This document shows positions 9,492-18,866 of a DNA stretch of 64,000 bases, in pieces. A program made the translations under genes and the position numbers. The DNA is from Fimbriimonadales bacterium (GTDB lineage Bacteria > Armatimonadota > Fimbriimonadia > Fimbriimonadales > ATM1). The stretch is from assembly GCA_051003155.1 (NCBI GenBank), contig JBPCLO010000031.1, positions 132,439 to 196,438 of the forward strand, written 5' to 3'. Numbering within the stretch: the stretch's first letter is position 1; each line of letters opens with the position of its first letter. The notes beneath the pieces are model-generated. The model saw only the letters and a program-made list of their open reading frames with translations, was not told the DNA's origin and ran no database searches.

Positions 9492-10580
9492 GTGCGAACG
9501 CAACTTAGGAGACAACTCGACTGGCCCTTGCTCATCGCTACGGTTCTGCTTCTCATTGTCGGCCTACTCGCCCTATGGAGCGCCAGTTCCATCCAAGCGA
9601 ACCACGCCGACTTCCGCAGCCAGGTGGCCGGCATTGCGTTGGGATTGCCGGTGCTCCTCTTGTTTTTCCTGGTCGACCCGCGTGTGTGGGGGCACTACAG
9701 CAAGGCCATCTACGTTGCGATGCTCGCCATCTTGGTGCTCGTGTGGGTTCCGGGTCTGGGAAGGTCTGGGGGAGGCGCGGAACGGTGGGTCACGATAGGT
9801 CCCGTAGGTCTCCAGCCGAGCGAGATTGCCAAGTTGCTGGTAATCCTGACTTTGGCGGACCATCTCGTGCGCCATGGCACCCGGTTGAAATCGCTTTCCG
9901 GACTGCTGTATTCGCTTCTCCACATTCTCCCGCCGTTCGTTCTGGTAGCAGCGCAGCCCAGTCTTAGCATGAGCATCGTCTTTCTCGTGATTTGGGGCGG
10001 CATGTCCATCGTCGCCGGACAGCGGCTCCGATATCTCGGCGTCATGGCCTTGATCGGTGTGCTGGCTTTCGGCATTGCCTGGAAATCCGACTTCATTCGT
10101 CCGTTCCAGAAGCGGCGGGTGGTTCAATACATGAGCGGCGATCTCGGATTCCACACTGAGCGGTCCTTAACGAGCGTGGGCAGTGGCCGCTTGATAGGCG
10201 AAGGCTTCGCCAAGGGACCGCTGAAGGAAGCAAAATATGTTCCGGAGGCCACGACTGATTTTATATTCGCCGTCGTCGCCGAGGAGGGCGGTTTCGTCGG
10301 CTCGATGCTCGTGATCGCCCTCTACGGGTTCTTTTTGTGGAGAATCTGGCTCATCGTCATGTATGCGCAGGTCGAATACTTCCGCTTGATCGCAGCCGGA
10401 ATCTTCACCGTTTTTAGCTTCCACGCCCTGGTCAATTTTTTCGTCGTTCTCGGAATATTTCCGGTGACGGGCGTACCGCTGCCATTCATCAGCTTCGGCC
10501 GAACAGCAATGCTGCTCAGCCTTGCTTCCGTCGGGTTACTGCTGAATATTAGGGGCCGCGAGAAGCACCTGGTGTTTTAG
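9492..10580 (+). CDS. rodA: FtsW/RodA/SpoVE family SEDS protein
   Basis: GAERW, LQPSEIAK, PEATTDFIFAVVAEE, PVTGVPLPFISFG. Confidence 0.9.
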   Translation: MRTQLRRQLDWPLLIATVLLLIVGLLALWSASSIQANHADFRSQVAGIALGLPVLLLFFLVDPRVWGHYSKAIYVAMLAILVLVWVPGLGRSGGGAERWVTIGPVGLQPSEIAKLLVILTLADHLVRHGTRLKSLSGLLYSLLHILPPFVLVAAQPSLSMSIVFLVIWGGMSIVAGQRLRYLGVMALIGVLAFGIAWKSDFIRPFQKRRVVQYMSGDLGFHTERSLTSVGSGRLIGEGFAKGPLKEAKYVPEATTDFIFAVVAEEGGFVGSMLVIALYGFFLWRIWLIVMYAQVEYFRLIAAGIFTVFSFHALVNFFVVLGIFPVTGVPLPFISFGRTAMLLSLASVGLLLNIRGREKHLVF

Positions 10581-10984
10581 ATGCCGTCGACGCCAGGCTC
10601 GAATGTGCCGTGGGCGGTTTCGGTGCAGCCTATCTTGAAAGTGCTGTTCGCCGGTATGCCGGTACCATTTTGTATGCTGTAATCATTGGTGCGCTCTTCG
10701 GGGCAAATGACGCCCGATCCGAGATTCTCCATGATATCAGGCTCGTTATAGACATCCGAATTCATGAAGCTGCTGTAGTCTGCGGCCCTTAGCTTCACCT
10801 TTGCGGCGACCACGGCCGTCGTGATCGTCTGCATGTTGGCCCGGCAGGTCTTTCGTTCAGAATCCTTGATCGCTCCGATGTAAAGCGGCATCGCAACAGC
10901 CATCAGAATAGCCAGAATCAAAACGGTGACCAAAAGCTCGATGAGCGTAAATGCCCGTTTACTTCGAACTTGTTTTAATAACAC
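10577..10984 (-). CDS. Prepilin-type N-terminal cleavage/methylation protein (pilin/pseudopilin)
   Basis: KRA|FTLIELLVTVLILAILMAVAMP class III signal peptide. Confidence 0.9.
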   Translation of the reverse strand: MLLKQVRSKRAFTLIELLVTVLILAILMAVAMPLYIGAIKDSERKTCRANMQTITTAVVAAKVKLRAADYSSFMNSDVYNEPDIMENLGSGVICPEERTNDYSIQNGTGIPANSTFKIGCTETAHGTFEPGVDGI

Positions 10985-11106
10985 TCCATTCCCCCGATAA
11001 AAAAATTACGGCACCGGCATCGGCCGCCACCCATTAATAACGTACTCATGTAAGGCCAGAGTCGGCTTCACCCTTTCGGGTGAATCTGAGTAAAGCCCGG
11101 TAACTA

Positions 11107-11478
11107 CTACTTGTCGACGCCCGGTTCGAACGTGGCGTGTATTCGCTCGCTACACCCCACCCGGAACCTGCCGTGCTTGGGTTCCTTTGAGCCATTCTCG
11201 ATGCGGTACTTGTTGAACTTGCTCTTCGGACACGCGAGTGGTCCACCCAAGAGGCAGGTGACGTCCTCGTTCAACATGACGTTGGAGGATATGAACCGCC
11301 CGAAGTCCGCGTCCCGCGATCTGATCCTTGCAGCTTGGACCGCCGTCGCTATCGTCTGCATATTAGCTCGGTAGGTGCGTCGGTCGGGATACGCTGCTGC
11401 CATGAGAAGCGCGCCCACCAAAACGGCAACCAGCGATTCGAGCCCCACAAAGCCGCACCCGATTCTATTGGGTCTCAC
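11107..11478 (-). CDS. Divergent tandem paralog of the adjacent pilin
   Basis: Shares RANMQTI.TAV.AA, two Cys and H.TFEPGVD with 10577-10984; degenerate G|FVGLES leader. Confidence 0.7.
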   Translation of the reverse strand: MRPNRIGCGFVGLESLVAVLVGALLMAAAYPDRRTYRANMQTIATAVQAARIRSRDADFGRFISSNVMLNEDVTCLLGGPLACPKSKFNKYRIENGSKEPKHGRFRVGCSERIHATFEPGVDK

Positions 11479-11596
11479 TGCAATCCCCCACTTCGAGCCG
11501 CAGCCACGGCTACTCGTGACTTATTGTGCACGAGAGTGGCGAGATTCGTTTTCCGTTCATGATGATCGAACCACGCCCTTCAGTAATAATCTGCGA

Positions 11597-12700
11597 ATGC
11601 CTTTCCTAAACCAAGAGCGGCTCGACAGATTCCAGCGCATAATCGAGGATGCCGGCCTCGATTGTTACCTCGCCTGCACGCCCGTCTCGATGGGCTATTT
11701 GGCAGGGTTCTTTGAATCTGGCGGAGAGAGAATGCTGCTAATGGCAATCAGGCCAAAAGGCCACCCGGCTATGGTCGTTCCTGCCCTAAGCGAGAACCAC
11801 GCTCGACACACCGGCATCGAGGACATCCGCACGTGGAAAGATGGCGAGGATCCCGGACCGATCGCGGAGGCTCTAGCCGAGGAGTGGAGTCTTGGCGCGG
11901 GAGTCATAGGGGTGGACGACGAGATGCCCGCCGGCTACCTCTTGCGTTTGCAGGAGGCGCTGCCTGCCGCGCTCTTTAAGTGCGCCGGAGATGCGATGGC
12001 TCTTTTGCGAAAACGCAAAGATGCCGCGGAGTTGGACTCGATGCGCAAAGCCGCCCGCATCGCCGATCGAGCGCTCGGTGACGTCCTTTCGATGGACCTC
12101 GTCGGCAGGTCTGAACGAGAAGTCGCGGCGAAACTCACCGCAGGCATGACGGATCGCGGCGGAACGCCCACGTTCTGCATCGTCGCCGCGGGCCAAAACG
12201 GCGCCGAACCGCACCACAATACGTCCGGGCATGCCATCGGTAGTGGCGATGTCCTTGTAATGGACTGGGGCTGCCACGTCGACAACTATTTGAGCGACAT
12301 CACACGCACTGTATGCTGTGGCAGCGCATCTGACGAGGCGAAGCATGTGTACAGGGTCGTCTTCAAGGCGCACATGGCCGCGCGTGCGGCGATTTATCCT
12401 GGCGTGGCCTGCGAAAGTATCGACCAGGCGGCGCGGGAGGTTATCGATGCCGCAGGTTATGGCGAATACTTTGTCCATCGAACGGGCCATGGGATCGGCC
12501 TCATGGGCCATGAACCACCGCACATGGTGGCCGGCAGCACGTCGCCCCTCGAGGTGGGGCAGTGCTTTAGCGTTGAACCGGGAATCTACCTGCCGGGCAA
12601 GTTCGGAGTCCGAATAGAAAACATCGTGGCCGTTACTGAAAACGGCCACGAATCGCTAAACCAGGAGCCTGCGGCTGAGCTTATCGAGATCGGCGTCTAG
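11597..12700 (+). CDS. Xaa-Pro peptidase (M24B)
   Basis: SDITRT, HRTGHGIGLMGHEPP, FSVEPGIYLPGKFGVRIEN. Confidence 0.93.
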   Translation: MPFLNQERLDRFQRIIEDAGLDCYLACTPVSMGYLAGFFESGGERMLLMAIRPKGHPAMVVPALSENHARHTGIEDIRTWKDGEDPGPIAEALAEEWSLGAGVIGVDDEMPAGYLLRLQEALPAALFKCAGDAMALLRKRKDAAELDSMRKAARIADRALGDVLSMDLVGRSEREVAAKLTAGMTDRGGTPTFCIVAAGQNGAEPHHNTSGHAIGSGDVLVMDWGCHVDNYLSDITRTVCCGSASDEAKHVYRVVFKAHMAARAAIYPGVACESIDQAAREVIDAAGYGEYFVHRTGHGIGLMGHEPPHMVAGSTSPLEVGQCFSVEPGIYLPGKFGVRIENIVAVTENGHESLNQEPAAELIEIGV

Positions 12701-13376
12701 CTCTTCCGATAAGGAACGCGCAGCCGGCGCCCATCATCACAATCGTAGAGGGCTCAGGGATGGTTCCGCCACCGCCGCCGCTGTTGATGCCGAAGAACAG
12801 CGCGGGCAGCAATCCCAACAGTGGAAGTGCGTTCGGCGGCCCAGGTGGAACCACTATGTCCGGAGCGGGGGCCGGGGCCTCGGGTTGGAGCAAATTAATC
12901 TCGGTTTGTACCGGGGCGACACCGGGAAGTTCGACGACAATGCCCTCCAACGGGCCCGAGACGGCCGGCGCCATACGAGGAATGTCAGCTTCATCGGTAC
13001 GGATGATAGGATTGCCGCAAACGACCGCGATTAGCGGCGTTCCGTTGCTGTCGAAGAAGAACCGCTCGCGCTTCTTGAAGAGCAATGTCCGCTGCCTCAG
13101 CTCGCCCGTAGCGGCCGGGACGTTCCATACTTTGAAGTAGGTGTCTTGCTTGAGCCGACCAACTTTCAGGCTCGATATGAACCGGATCACCTCGTCAGGA
13201 GTCATCTGGAAGTGACGAACGTACCGATCCATAACCGTCGGGTTGTCTTTGACATGCGCCACCAGCGACTTGACCGTAGGCGTCGCCTTCTCGATGTAAG
13301 AGTTCGGTAGCAACCGTTGGGCCGAGCAGACGCTCGAAACAAGGATCACTAACGCTGCAGTAGTCTCTCTCCTCAT
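12681..13376 (-). CDS. Secreted PEP-CTERM protein (DUF6777-like body)
   Basis: Signal peptide; GTPLIAVVCGNP; C-terminal IPEPSTIVMMGAGCAFLIGRARRRSR. Confidence 0.8.
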   Translation of the reverse strand: MRRETTAALVILVSSVCSAQRLLPNSYIEKATPTVKSLVAHVKDNPTVMDRYVRHFQMTPDEVIRFISSLKVGRLKQDTYFKVWNVPAATGELRQRTLLFKKRERFFFDSNGTPLIAVVCGNPIIRTDEADIPRMAPAVSGPLEGIVVELPGVAPVQTEINLLQPEAPAPAPDIVVPPGPPNALPLLGLLPALFFGINSGGGGGTIPEPSTIVMMGAGCAFLIGRARRRSR

Positions 13377-13526
13377 TTGATGTTCTCTCCTGTAGAGCAA
13401 TCGCTCTTGAAATATTTCAGCCTTGCAAGGTGCGAGTTGTACCATGACAGCCACGCGCTATCATGATACACTAGAAATTACGAATTTGGAGGGCAATTTT
13501 ATGCGAGTTTTTGTTCGTTTGGCCTT

Positions 13527-14228
13527 CTAGAGCCTTAATCTGAACGAGTTGAACGCTTCTGCCCTGGAAATTAGCTCGATCGCGTCCTTCGCGGCAGCCT
13601 GTTCGGCTTCCTTTTTGCATCGGCCCTGGCCAAGTCCCATCACCTCACCATCCAAAACGACGTCGACGGAAAAGATCTTTTCGTGCGCCGACCCTTGTTC
13701 CGTCGACACGCGGTAGAGAGGGGTCTTACGCCACTTCGCTTGGGCGATCTCCTGAAGCTTGGATTTGTAGTCACCCACCCCAATCTCGCCGCGCGAAACT
13801 TGCTCCAAGTACGGGTGCAGCCGCTCCAAAACGAACCACCGCGCGATCGGCAACCCCTGCTCCACGAAGACCGCGCCCACTACGGCTTCGAACGCATCCG
13901 CCAGAATGGACGGCCGAATCCGAGAATCGGCGAGCCGCTCCGAGGGCGCAACGTTCAAATACTCCTCCAACCCTAGCGCAAGCGCTGCCTCCGCAAGCGG
14001 CGCCTCCTGCACGACGGTCGCCTTCGCCTTGCTCAACGTGCCCTGATCCCAGTCGGGAAAATGGTTGAAGAGGTGCTCGGCAATGATCATGCCCAGAACG
14101 GAGTCGCCGAAAAACTCCAAGCGCTCGTAGGAATCCGTGACAAGGCCGCCGACGGAGCGGTGCTTCAACGCCAGCCTGAGCAGCTCCTTGTTTTTGATCG
14201 GAACGTCGAGCGCGTCTAAGTCAGGGAT
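13527..14228 (-). CDS. rnc: Ribonuclease III (start codon uncertain)
   Basis: ERLEFFGDSVL signature, ADAFEAVVGAVF, dsRBD DYKSKLQE...KKEAEQAAA. Confidence 0.93.
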   Translation of the reverse strand: MPDLDALDVPIKNKELLRLALKHRSVGGLVTDSYERLEFFGDSVLGMIIAEHLFNHFPDWDQGTLSKAKATVVQEAPLAEAALALGLEEYLNVAPSERLADSRIRPSILADAFEAVVGAVFVEQGLPIARWFVLERLHPYLEQVSRGEIGVGDYKSKLQEIAQAKWRKTPLYRVSTEQGSAHEKIFSVDVVLDGEVMGLGQGRCKKEAEQAAAKDAIELISRAEAFNSFRLRL

Positions 14229-15391
14229 TCGAGGCCCTCCGAGATTCGCCGCACGCCTTCCACGATTTGAGGACGATCCAAAGCATACGTCAGCCTCAGG
14301 TGGCCATCGCCTTCGAAAACGCTTCCCGGCACGCAAGCGACTTTGTGATTTTCGAGTAGGTGCGCTGCGAGTTCGAGGTCCGTCCGTCCCCCTAGATAGG
14401 CCCGCACGTCCGGAAACGCGTAGAACGCGCCACCGGGCCGTGCGCATCGGACGTCCGGAATTTTCGCGAGTTCGCCGAGGATGAGTTCCCTTCGGCACCC
14501 GAACTCCTCCACCATCGCCCGAACCGGCTCGAACGGCATCTTCAGCGCGGCCAGCGCCGCGTATTGCGAGATGCTGGCCGGGTTGCTCGTTACCTGATCT
14601 TGCAATGCGGACATACCTTTCGCAATCGGCAGCGGGGCGGCGGCATAGCCGATTCTCCACCCGGTCATCGCGAACGCTTTGCTGACGCCGTTGACCGTAA
14701 CGGTGCGCTCGGCGATCTCGGAGCCAAGCGATGCGATGCTGATGTGTTCAGCGCCGTAGGTCAGCTTCTCGTATATCTCGTCGCTGATCACGTGAAAGTC
14801 GTGGCGGATAGCAAGCGCGGCGATTTCTTTCAACGTTCCTCTCGGCAACACCGCACCGCTCGGGTTCGAGGGCGAGTTGACGATGATCGCCTTCGTCTTC
14901 GAGCTAGTCGCTGCCTTCAGGTCATCGATACTCGGAACATAGCCTGTCTCGACGGACGTCCTCACCGCGACCGGCGTCGCCTCGGCGAGCGTGATTTGGT
15001 CGCGATACGTCATCCAATACGGCGCGATCAGGATCACCTCGTCGCCCGGGTTGCAAAGCGTCATCAGCGCGTTGAAGACTGACTGCTTCGCGCCGGCCGA
15101 AACGATCACCTGCTCAGGCGCGACCGTGACTCCGTTTTCCTTGGCGAGCTTGTCGGCGATCGCGGTCCGCAATTGGGGGATGCCCGCGCTCGCCGTATAC
15201 CGCGTGTGGCCGTCGCTGATGGCCTGGATTCCCGCCTCGCAGATCGGCCCCGGGGTTCCGAAGTCCGGCTCTCCGGCTCCGAAGCTGATGATGTCTTCCC
15301 CGCACTTTCGGAGTTCGGCGACTATGGCGGTTAGGGCGAGCGTAGGAGACGGTTTGAGTAGGCTGACCCTGTCGGAGAGCATTTGGCTCAT
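14216..15391 (-). CDS. PLP-dependent class I aminotransferase (aspartate aminotransferase-like)
   Basis: GEPDF, NSPSNPSG, ISDEIY, SKAFAMTGWRIG. Confidence 0.93.
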   Translation of the reverse strand: MSQMLSDRVSLLKPSPTLALTAIVAELRKCGEDIISFGAGEPDFGTPGPICEAGIQAISDGHTRYTASAGIPQLRTAIADKLAKENGVTVAPEQVIVSAGAKQSVFNALMTLCNPGDEVILIAPYWMTYRDQITLAEATPVAVRTSVETGYVPSIDDLKAATSSKTKAIIVNSPSNPSGAVLPRGTLKEIAALAIRHDFHVISDEIYEKLTYGAEHISIASLGSEIAERTVTVNGVSKAFAMTGWRIGYAAAPLPIAKGMSALQDQVTSNPASISQYAALAALKMPFEPVRAMVEEFGCRRELILGELAKIPDVRCARPGGAFYAFPDVRAYLGGRTDLELAAHLLENHKVACVPGSVFEGDGHLRLTYALDRPQIVEGVRRISEGLESLT

Positions 15392-15461
15392 TATATTCGT
15401 TTCGGGCGAGCCCAACGAGAGGCTTCACCGGTGAACGGTGAGGGCAGATTGTTTGCTGTCC

Positions 15462-16175
15462 TCATCCCTCCGATGATGGGGACAGCGCCGGGGCCGTCAC
15501 GATCTCTCTGCCTCCTTCGCGCATCAACTCCGCAATGCGCTCCATCAGGATCTTGCCGAACATGTCCTCCGCTTCCCTGCCGTATTTGCTTTCGACGTCC
15601 ACGAAGCTGAACGGGGCGCCGAAGCTCACGGTCACCCCCTGCCGCCTCGGAAATTTGGACCCTTGCGGCAGCCACTTATCGGTGTCGCAGATGCCGACAG
15701 GAATCACCTGCGCCCCGCTCTTGCGGGCGAGAAGGGTGACGCCTTTGTTTGCGGGCTGGAGCGTCTTGCCGTCCCCCCGGCCGCCTTCGGGGAAGACCAG
15801 CACCGCTTCGTCTTGCGCCAGCAGGTCGAGCGTATGTCGGATCGCCTCGGTGTCCGCCTCGCCCCGATGGACCGGGAATGCACCGAGCCGGCGGATGAGC
15901 GGCCCGAAGATCGGCGGTTTGAATAGCTCCGCCTTCGCCATGAAGTTCAGCCGCCTGCCGGTGGCGCAAGCGACTGCTGGCGGGTCGCCGAAGCTGGTGT
16001 GGTTGGCCGCCACGATGAGCGGACCCTCCATCGGCACCCGCTCGCCGTGCATCACCCGTATCCCGCCGAACGGCCGGAAGATCAGGTTGCGGATGCCGAA
16101 CGTCACGGCAAAATAAGCCGGGTCCCAATTGCGGCGGGGCACGGCAGTAGTTTGGCTCAATTCGGTGACCCCCAA
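15462..16175 (-). CDS. plsC: 1-acyl-sn-glycerol-3-phosphate acyltransferase
   Basis: NHTSFGD, FMAKAELF, VFPEGGR. Confidence 0.9.
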   Translation of the reverse strand: MGVTELSQTTAVPRRNWDPAYFAVTFGIRNLIFRPFGGIRVMHGERVPMEGPLIVAANHTSFGDPPAVACATGRRLNFMAKAELFKPPIFGPLIRRLGAFPVHRGEADTEAIRHTLDLLAQDEAVLVFPEGGRGDGKTLQPANKGVTLLARKSGAQVIPVGICDTDKWLPQGSKFPRRQGVTVSFGAPFSFVDVESKYGREAEDMFGKILMERIAELMREGGREIVTAPALSPSSEG

Positions 16176-16200
16176 AACGTGATAACCTTAACGACCCCAG

Positions 16201-17409
16201 ATGTCGATCGAGGAGCAGATGAAAGTTCTCTCCCGCGGCTGCGCCGAGATCATTAGCGAGAGCGATCTTGCGGCCAAGCTGCGGAAGAGCCAGGTCACCG
16301 GCAAGCCGCTGCGCGTAAAGCTCGGCGTCGATCCGACGGTGCCGCATGTCACGCTCGGCTGGGCGGTCGTTTTGCGGAAGCTCCGGGCCTTCCAGAAGTT
16401 CGGCCACACCGCGTGCCTGATCATCGGCGACTTTACTGCCACGATCGGCGACCCGAGCGGGAAATCGAAGACCCGTCCGCAGCTCACCCGCGCGCAGGTA
16501 AACGAAAACGTGAAGGCCGTGGAGGAACAGCTCTACAAGATCCTGGACAAGGACCACACCGAAATCCTCTACAACGCCGATTGGTTGGGCAAGATGGCCT
16601 TCGCCGACGTAATCCAGCTCTCGAGCCGCATCACCGTTGCGCGAATCTTGGAACGGGACGACTTCCAGAAGCGCCTCGCCGACGAAAAGCCGATCGGGAT
16701 GCACGAAGTCCTCTACCCCTTGTGCCAGGGTTACGACAGCGTGGCGATGCAAGCCGACGTCGAGTTGGGCGGGAATGACCAGAAGTTCAACAACCTGGTC
16801 GGGCGGAACTTGCAGGGGCAGTTCGGCCAAGAACCGCAGGTGGTGATGCTGATGCCGCTCCTCGTCGGGCTCGACGGCAAGGAGAAGATGTCGCAGTCGC
16901 TGGGCAACTACGTCAGCGTGGTGGACACAGCGAACGATATGTTCGGCAAGACGATGTCGATCCCCGACCACTTGCTCGAATCGTGGTTTACGCTTTGCAC
17001 GGACGTGCCCTTGGAAAAGGTCCGTGAACTGTTGGCGCCTGGTGCGAACCCGCGCGATGCGAAAGTCCCCCTCGCTCGCGAAATCGTTGTTCTCTACCAC
17101 GGGGAAGCCGCAGCCGCTGAAGCCGAAGATTACTTCATACGGACCTTCAGTAACCGCGAGGAACCCGTTGACGCGCCGGAGGCGGCGATTCCAGCGGAAC
17201 TTATCAAGGACGGCCAGGTCGCAGTGGCCGTGCTGATCCACGCTCTCGAACTGACCGACTCGATTGGGGAGGCACGGCGACTGATCAAGAGCGGCGCGAT
17301 CTCTATCGGAGGGGACAAGATAGAAGACCCGTTCGGCTCTGTCGAGATAGCGGAAGTTCAGGGCAAGGTGCTGAAGGTGGGTAAGCACCGTTTTCGGACG
17401 CTTCGGTAG
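16201..17409 (+). CDS. tyrS: Tyrosine--tRNA ligase
   Basis: KLGVDPT, IGDFTATIGDPSGK, YPLCQGYDS, GGNDQKFN, KMSQS, C-terminal S4 domain. Confidence 0.96.
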   Translation: MSIEEQMKVLSRGCAEIISESDLAAKLRKSQVTGKPLRVKLGVDPTVPHVTLGWAVVLRKLRAFQKFGHTACLIIGDFTATIGDPSGKSKTRPQLTRAQVNENVKAVEEQLYKILDKDHTEILYNADWLGKMAFADVIQLSSRITVARILERDDFQKRLADEKPIGMHEVLYPLCQGYDSVAMQADVELGGNDQKFNNLVGRNLQGQFGQEPQVVMLMPLLVGLDGKEKMSQSLGNYVSVVDTANDMFGKTMSIPDHLLESWFTLCTDVPLEKVRELLAPGANPRDAKVPLAREIVVLYHGEAAAAEAEDYFIRTFSNREEPVDAPEAAIPAELIKDGQVAVAVLIHALELTDSIGEARRLIKSGAISIGGDKIEDPFGSVEIAEVQGKVLKVGKHRFRTLR

Positions 17410-17433
17410 CGCTCTGAACCCGCCGCGACGAAT

Positions 17434-18405
17434 CTAATTAGGCGTCAACAAGAAGGCGGCCGGTGCGCCATCGAGAGTTCCACTCCCCACAATCAAGCCA
17501 CTCTCGTTGATTCCCGTTGCTGACTTGAGGAGCCAGCCGATGCCGGGCGGAATCTCGTTGTTCAGGTTGGTTACTTCGAGATTGCGCCAAATGACCGCGT
17601 GGCGTGTGGGGTTGGTGTCCCGGGCATAGCCGACAATTTGGCCACGTTCGTCTATCGCCGATGCGCCGCTGCCCTCCCCGCCAATACCCGGGAGGTAAAT
17701 GGGAGAGCCGCCGATCCAAGTAATCGCGACGGGTCAGTCAAAGTAGAACCAGCGATATCCAATAATTTGGCCCGAATTGTTGATGCGCGACGGATGGCGT
17801 CCCGAACCTCCGGACAAGAGCAGTGATAAGCCCCGTTGCCAATAAGCCGGTCTTGGAAACTCCGTCATCTCAAGCAATTCCTTGCCGACGATAACAGCAA
17901 GGTCGTTAATACCGACAGCTTGGGCCGAGCTGGATTGAACTACCGGGGGAAGTCGTTGATACCAACCGTTTCTCCATACGAACGCGTCTGCGCCGCTGGT
18001 CCCGACCACTGCTCCGGACTCGTTAATATCGTTTGCCGCGCTGTGGTGCGAAATGGCTACCGATCTCAGTCTGCTCGCTGGCGTCCATAAGAATGCCTTG
18101 CGGAGGTCCAATGCGTCTTCTGAATACCCTACAATATGGCCTTGCGAATTGATAGCTGAGGCCCAGGTCGTCGATCCGCCAAATGAACCGAGATCGACAA
18201 CGACGTCATCTTTCAGGAAGAACGCCCGCCAATCGCCGTTGGCCATACGACAATTGCCTGATATGAAGCCGTTGTCGCTGATTGAAATGCCCGCGACTTC
18301 GACTGCTCCAGGAAGGACCGGCAATCGAGTGATGGCGTAGTCTTGAGCAAACGTGCTCGCTACAAGGGCGATCAGAAGCGGAGCGGCAACAACAATCTTT
18401 CGCAA
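17434..18405 (-). pseudogene. Secreted HAF-repeat protein interrupted by in-frame TGA at 17734-17736
   Basis: Repeats AINSQGHIVG, DINESGAVVG, INNSGQIIG; same frame continues after TGA with AIDERGQIVG...GINESGLIVG...AFLLTPN*. Confidence 0.8.
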
Positions 18406-18464
18406 TGCTACACCAACCGGAAGTTAGTGTACCACCGTGCCGACGGCCCGGTATCCTCTTATGA

Positions 18465-18803
18465 ATGCGCAGGATCGTGGCCTATATTCGGCCACATAAG
18501 CTCGAAGAAGTGAAAACCGCGCTGGGCGAACGCGGCGTCACGGGCATCACCGTGACGGAGGCGCGGGGATGCGGGAGTTCGGAGGAACAGTCGGACTGGT
18601 TTCTGGGAAAGGAGTACGTCGTCTCGCTGCCGCCTCGCATCAAGTTAGACGTTGTGCTAAACGAAGGGAATGTGGAGGACGCCATCGAGGCGATTCTGCA
18701 AAGCGCGCGAACGGGGAGGGGGGGTGACGGTAAGATATTCGTGCTGCCCGAGTTGGACGTTATCCGCATCCGAACTGGCGAGCGCGGCGAAGCGGCCCTC
18801 TGA
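18465..18803 (+). CDS. P-II family nitrogen regulator (divergent T-loop)
   Basis: 112 aa; IRPHKLEEVK, GDGKIFV, IRIRTGERGEAAL. Confidence 0.93.
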   Translation: MRRIVAYIRPHKLEEVKTALGERGVTGITVTEARGCGSSEEQSDWFLGKEYVVSLPPRIKLDVVLNEGNVEDAIEAILQSARTGRGGDGKIFVLPELDVIRIRTGERGEAAL

Positions 18804-18866
18804 GCGAACCGACACAAGGCGTCGAGCGTCCATAGTTGGACCCCTTTCGCCTCGCAAGGAACTTTT

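Noticed and set aside
13527..14660. RNase III with a 140-aa N-terminal extension
   Set aside because: The extension overlaps the aminotransferase coding region in another frame; it is an ORF-caller artefact.
15676..17388. 570-aa minus-strand ORF and similar long antisense ORFs (8535-9476, 19089-20039, 40365-41471)
   Set aside because: They are shadows of well-supported genes in GC-rich codon usage and have no motifs.
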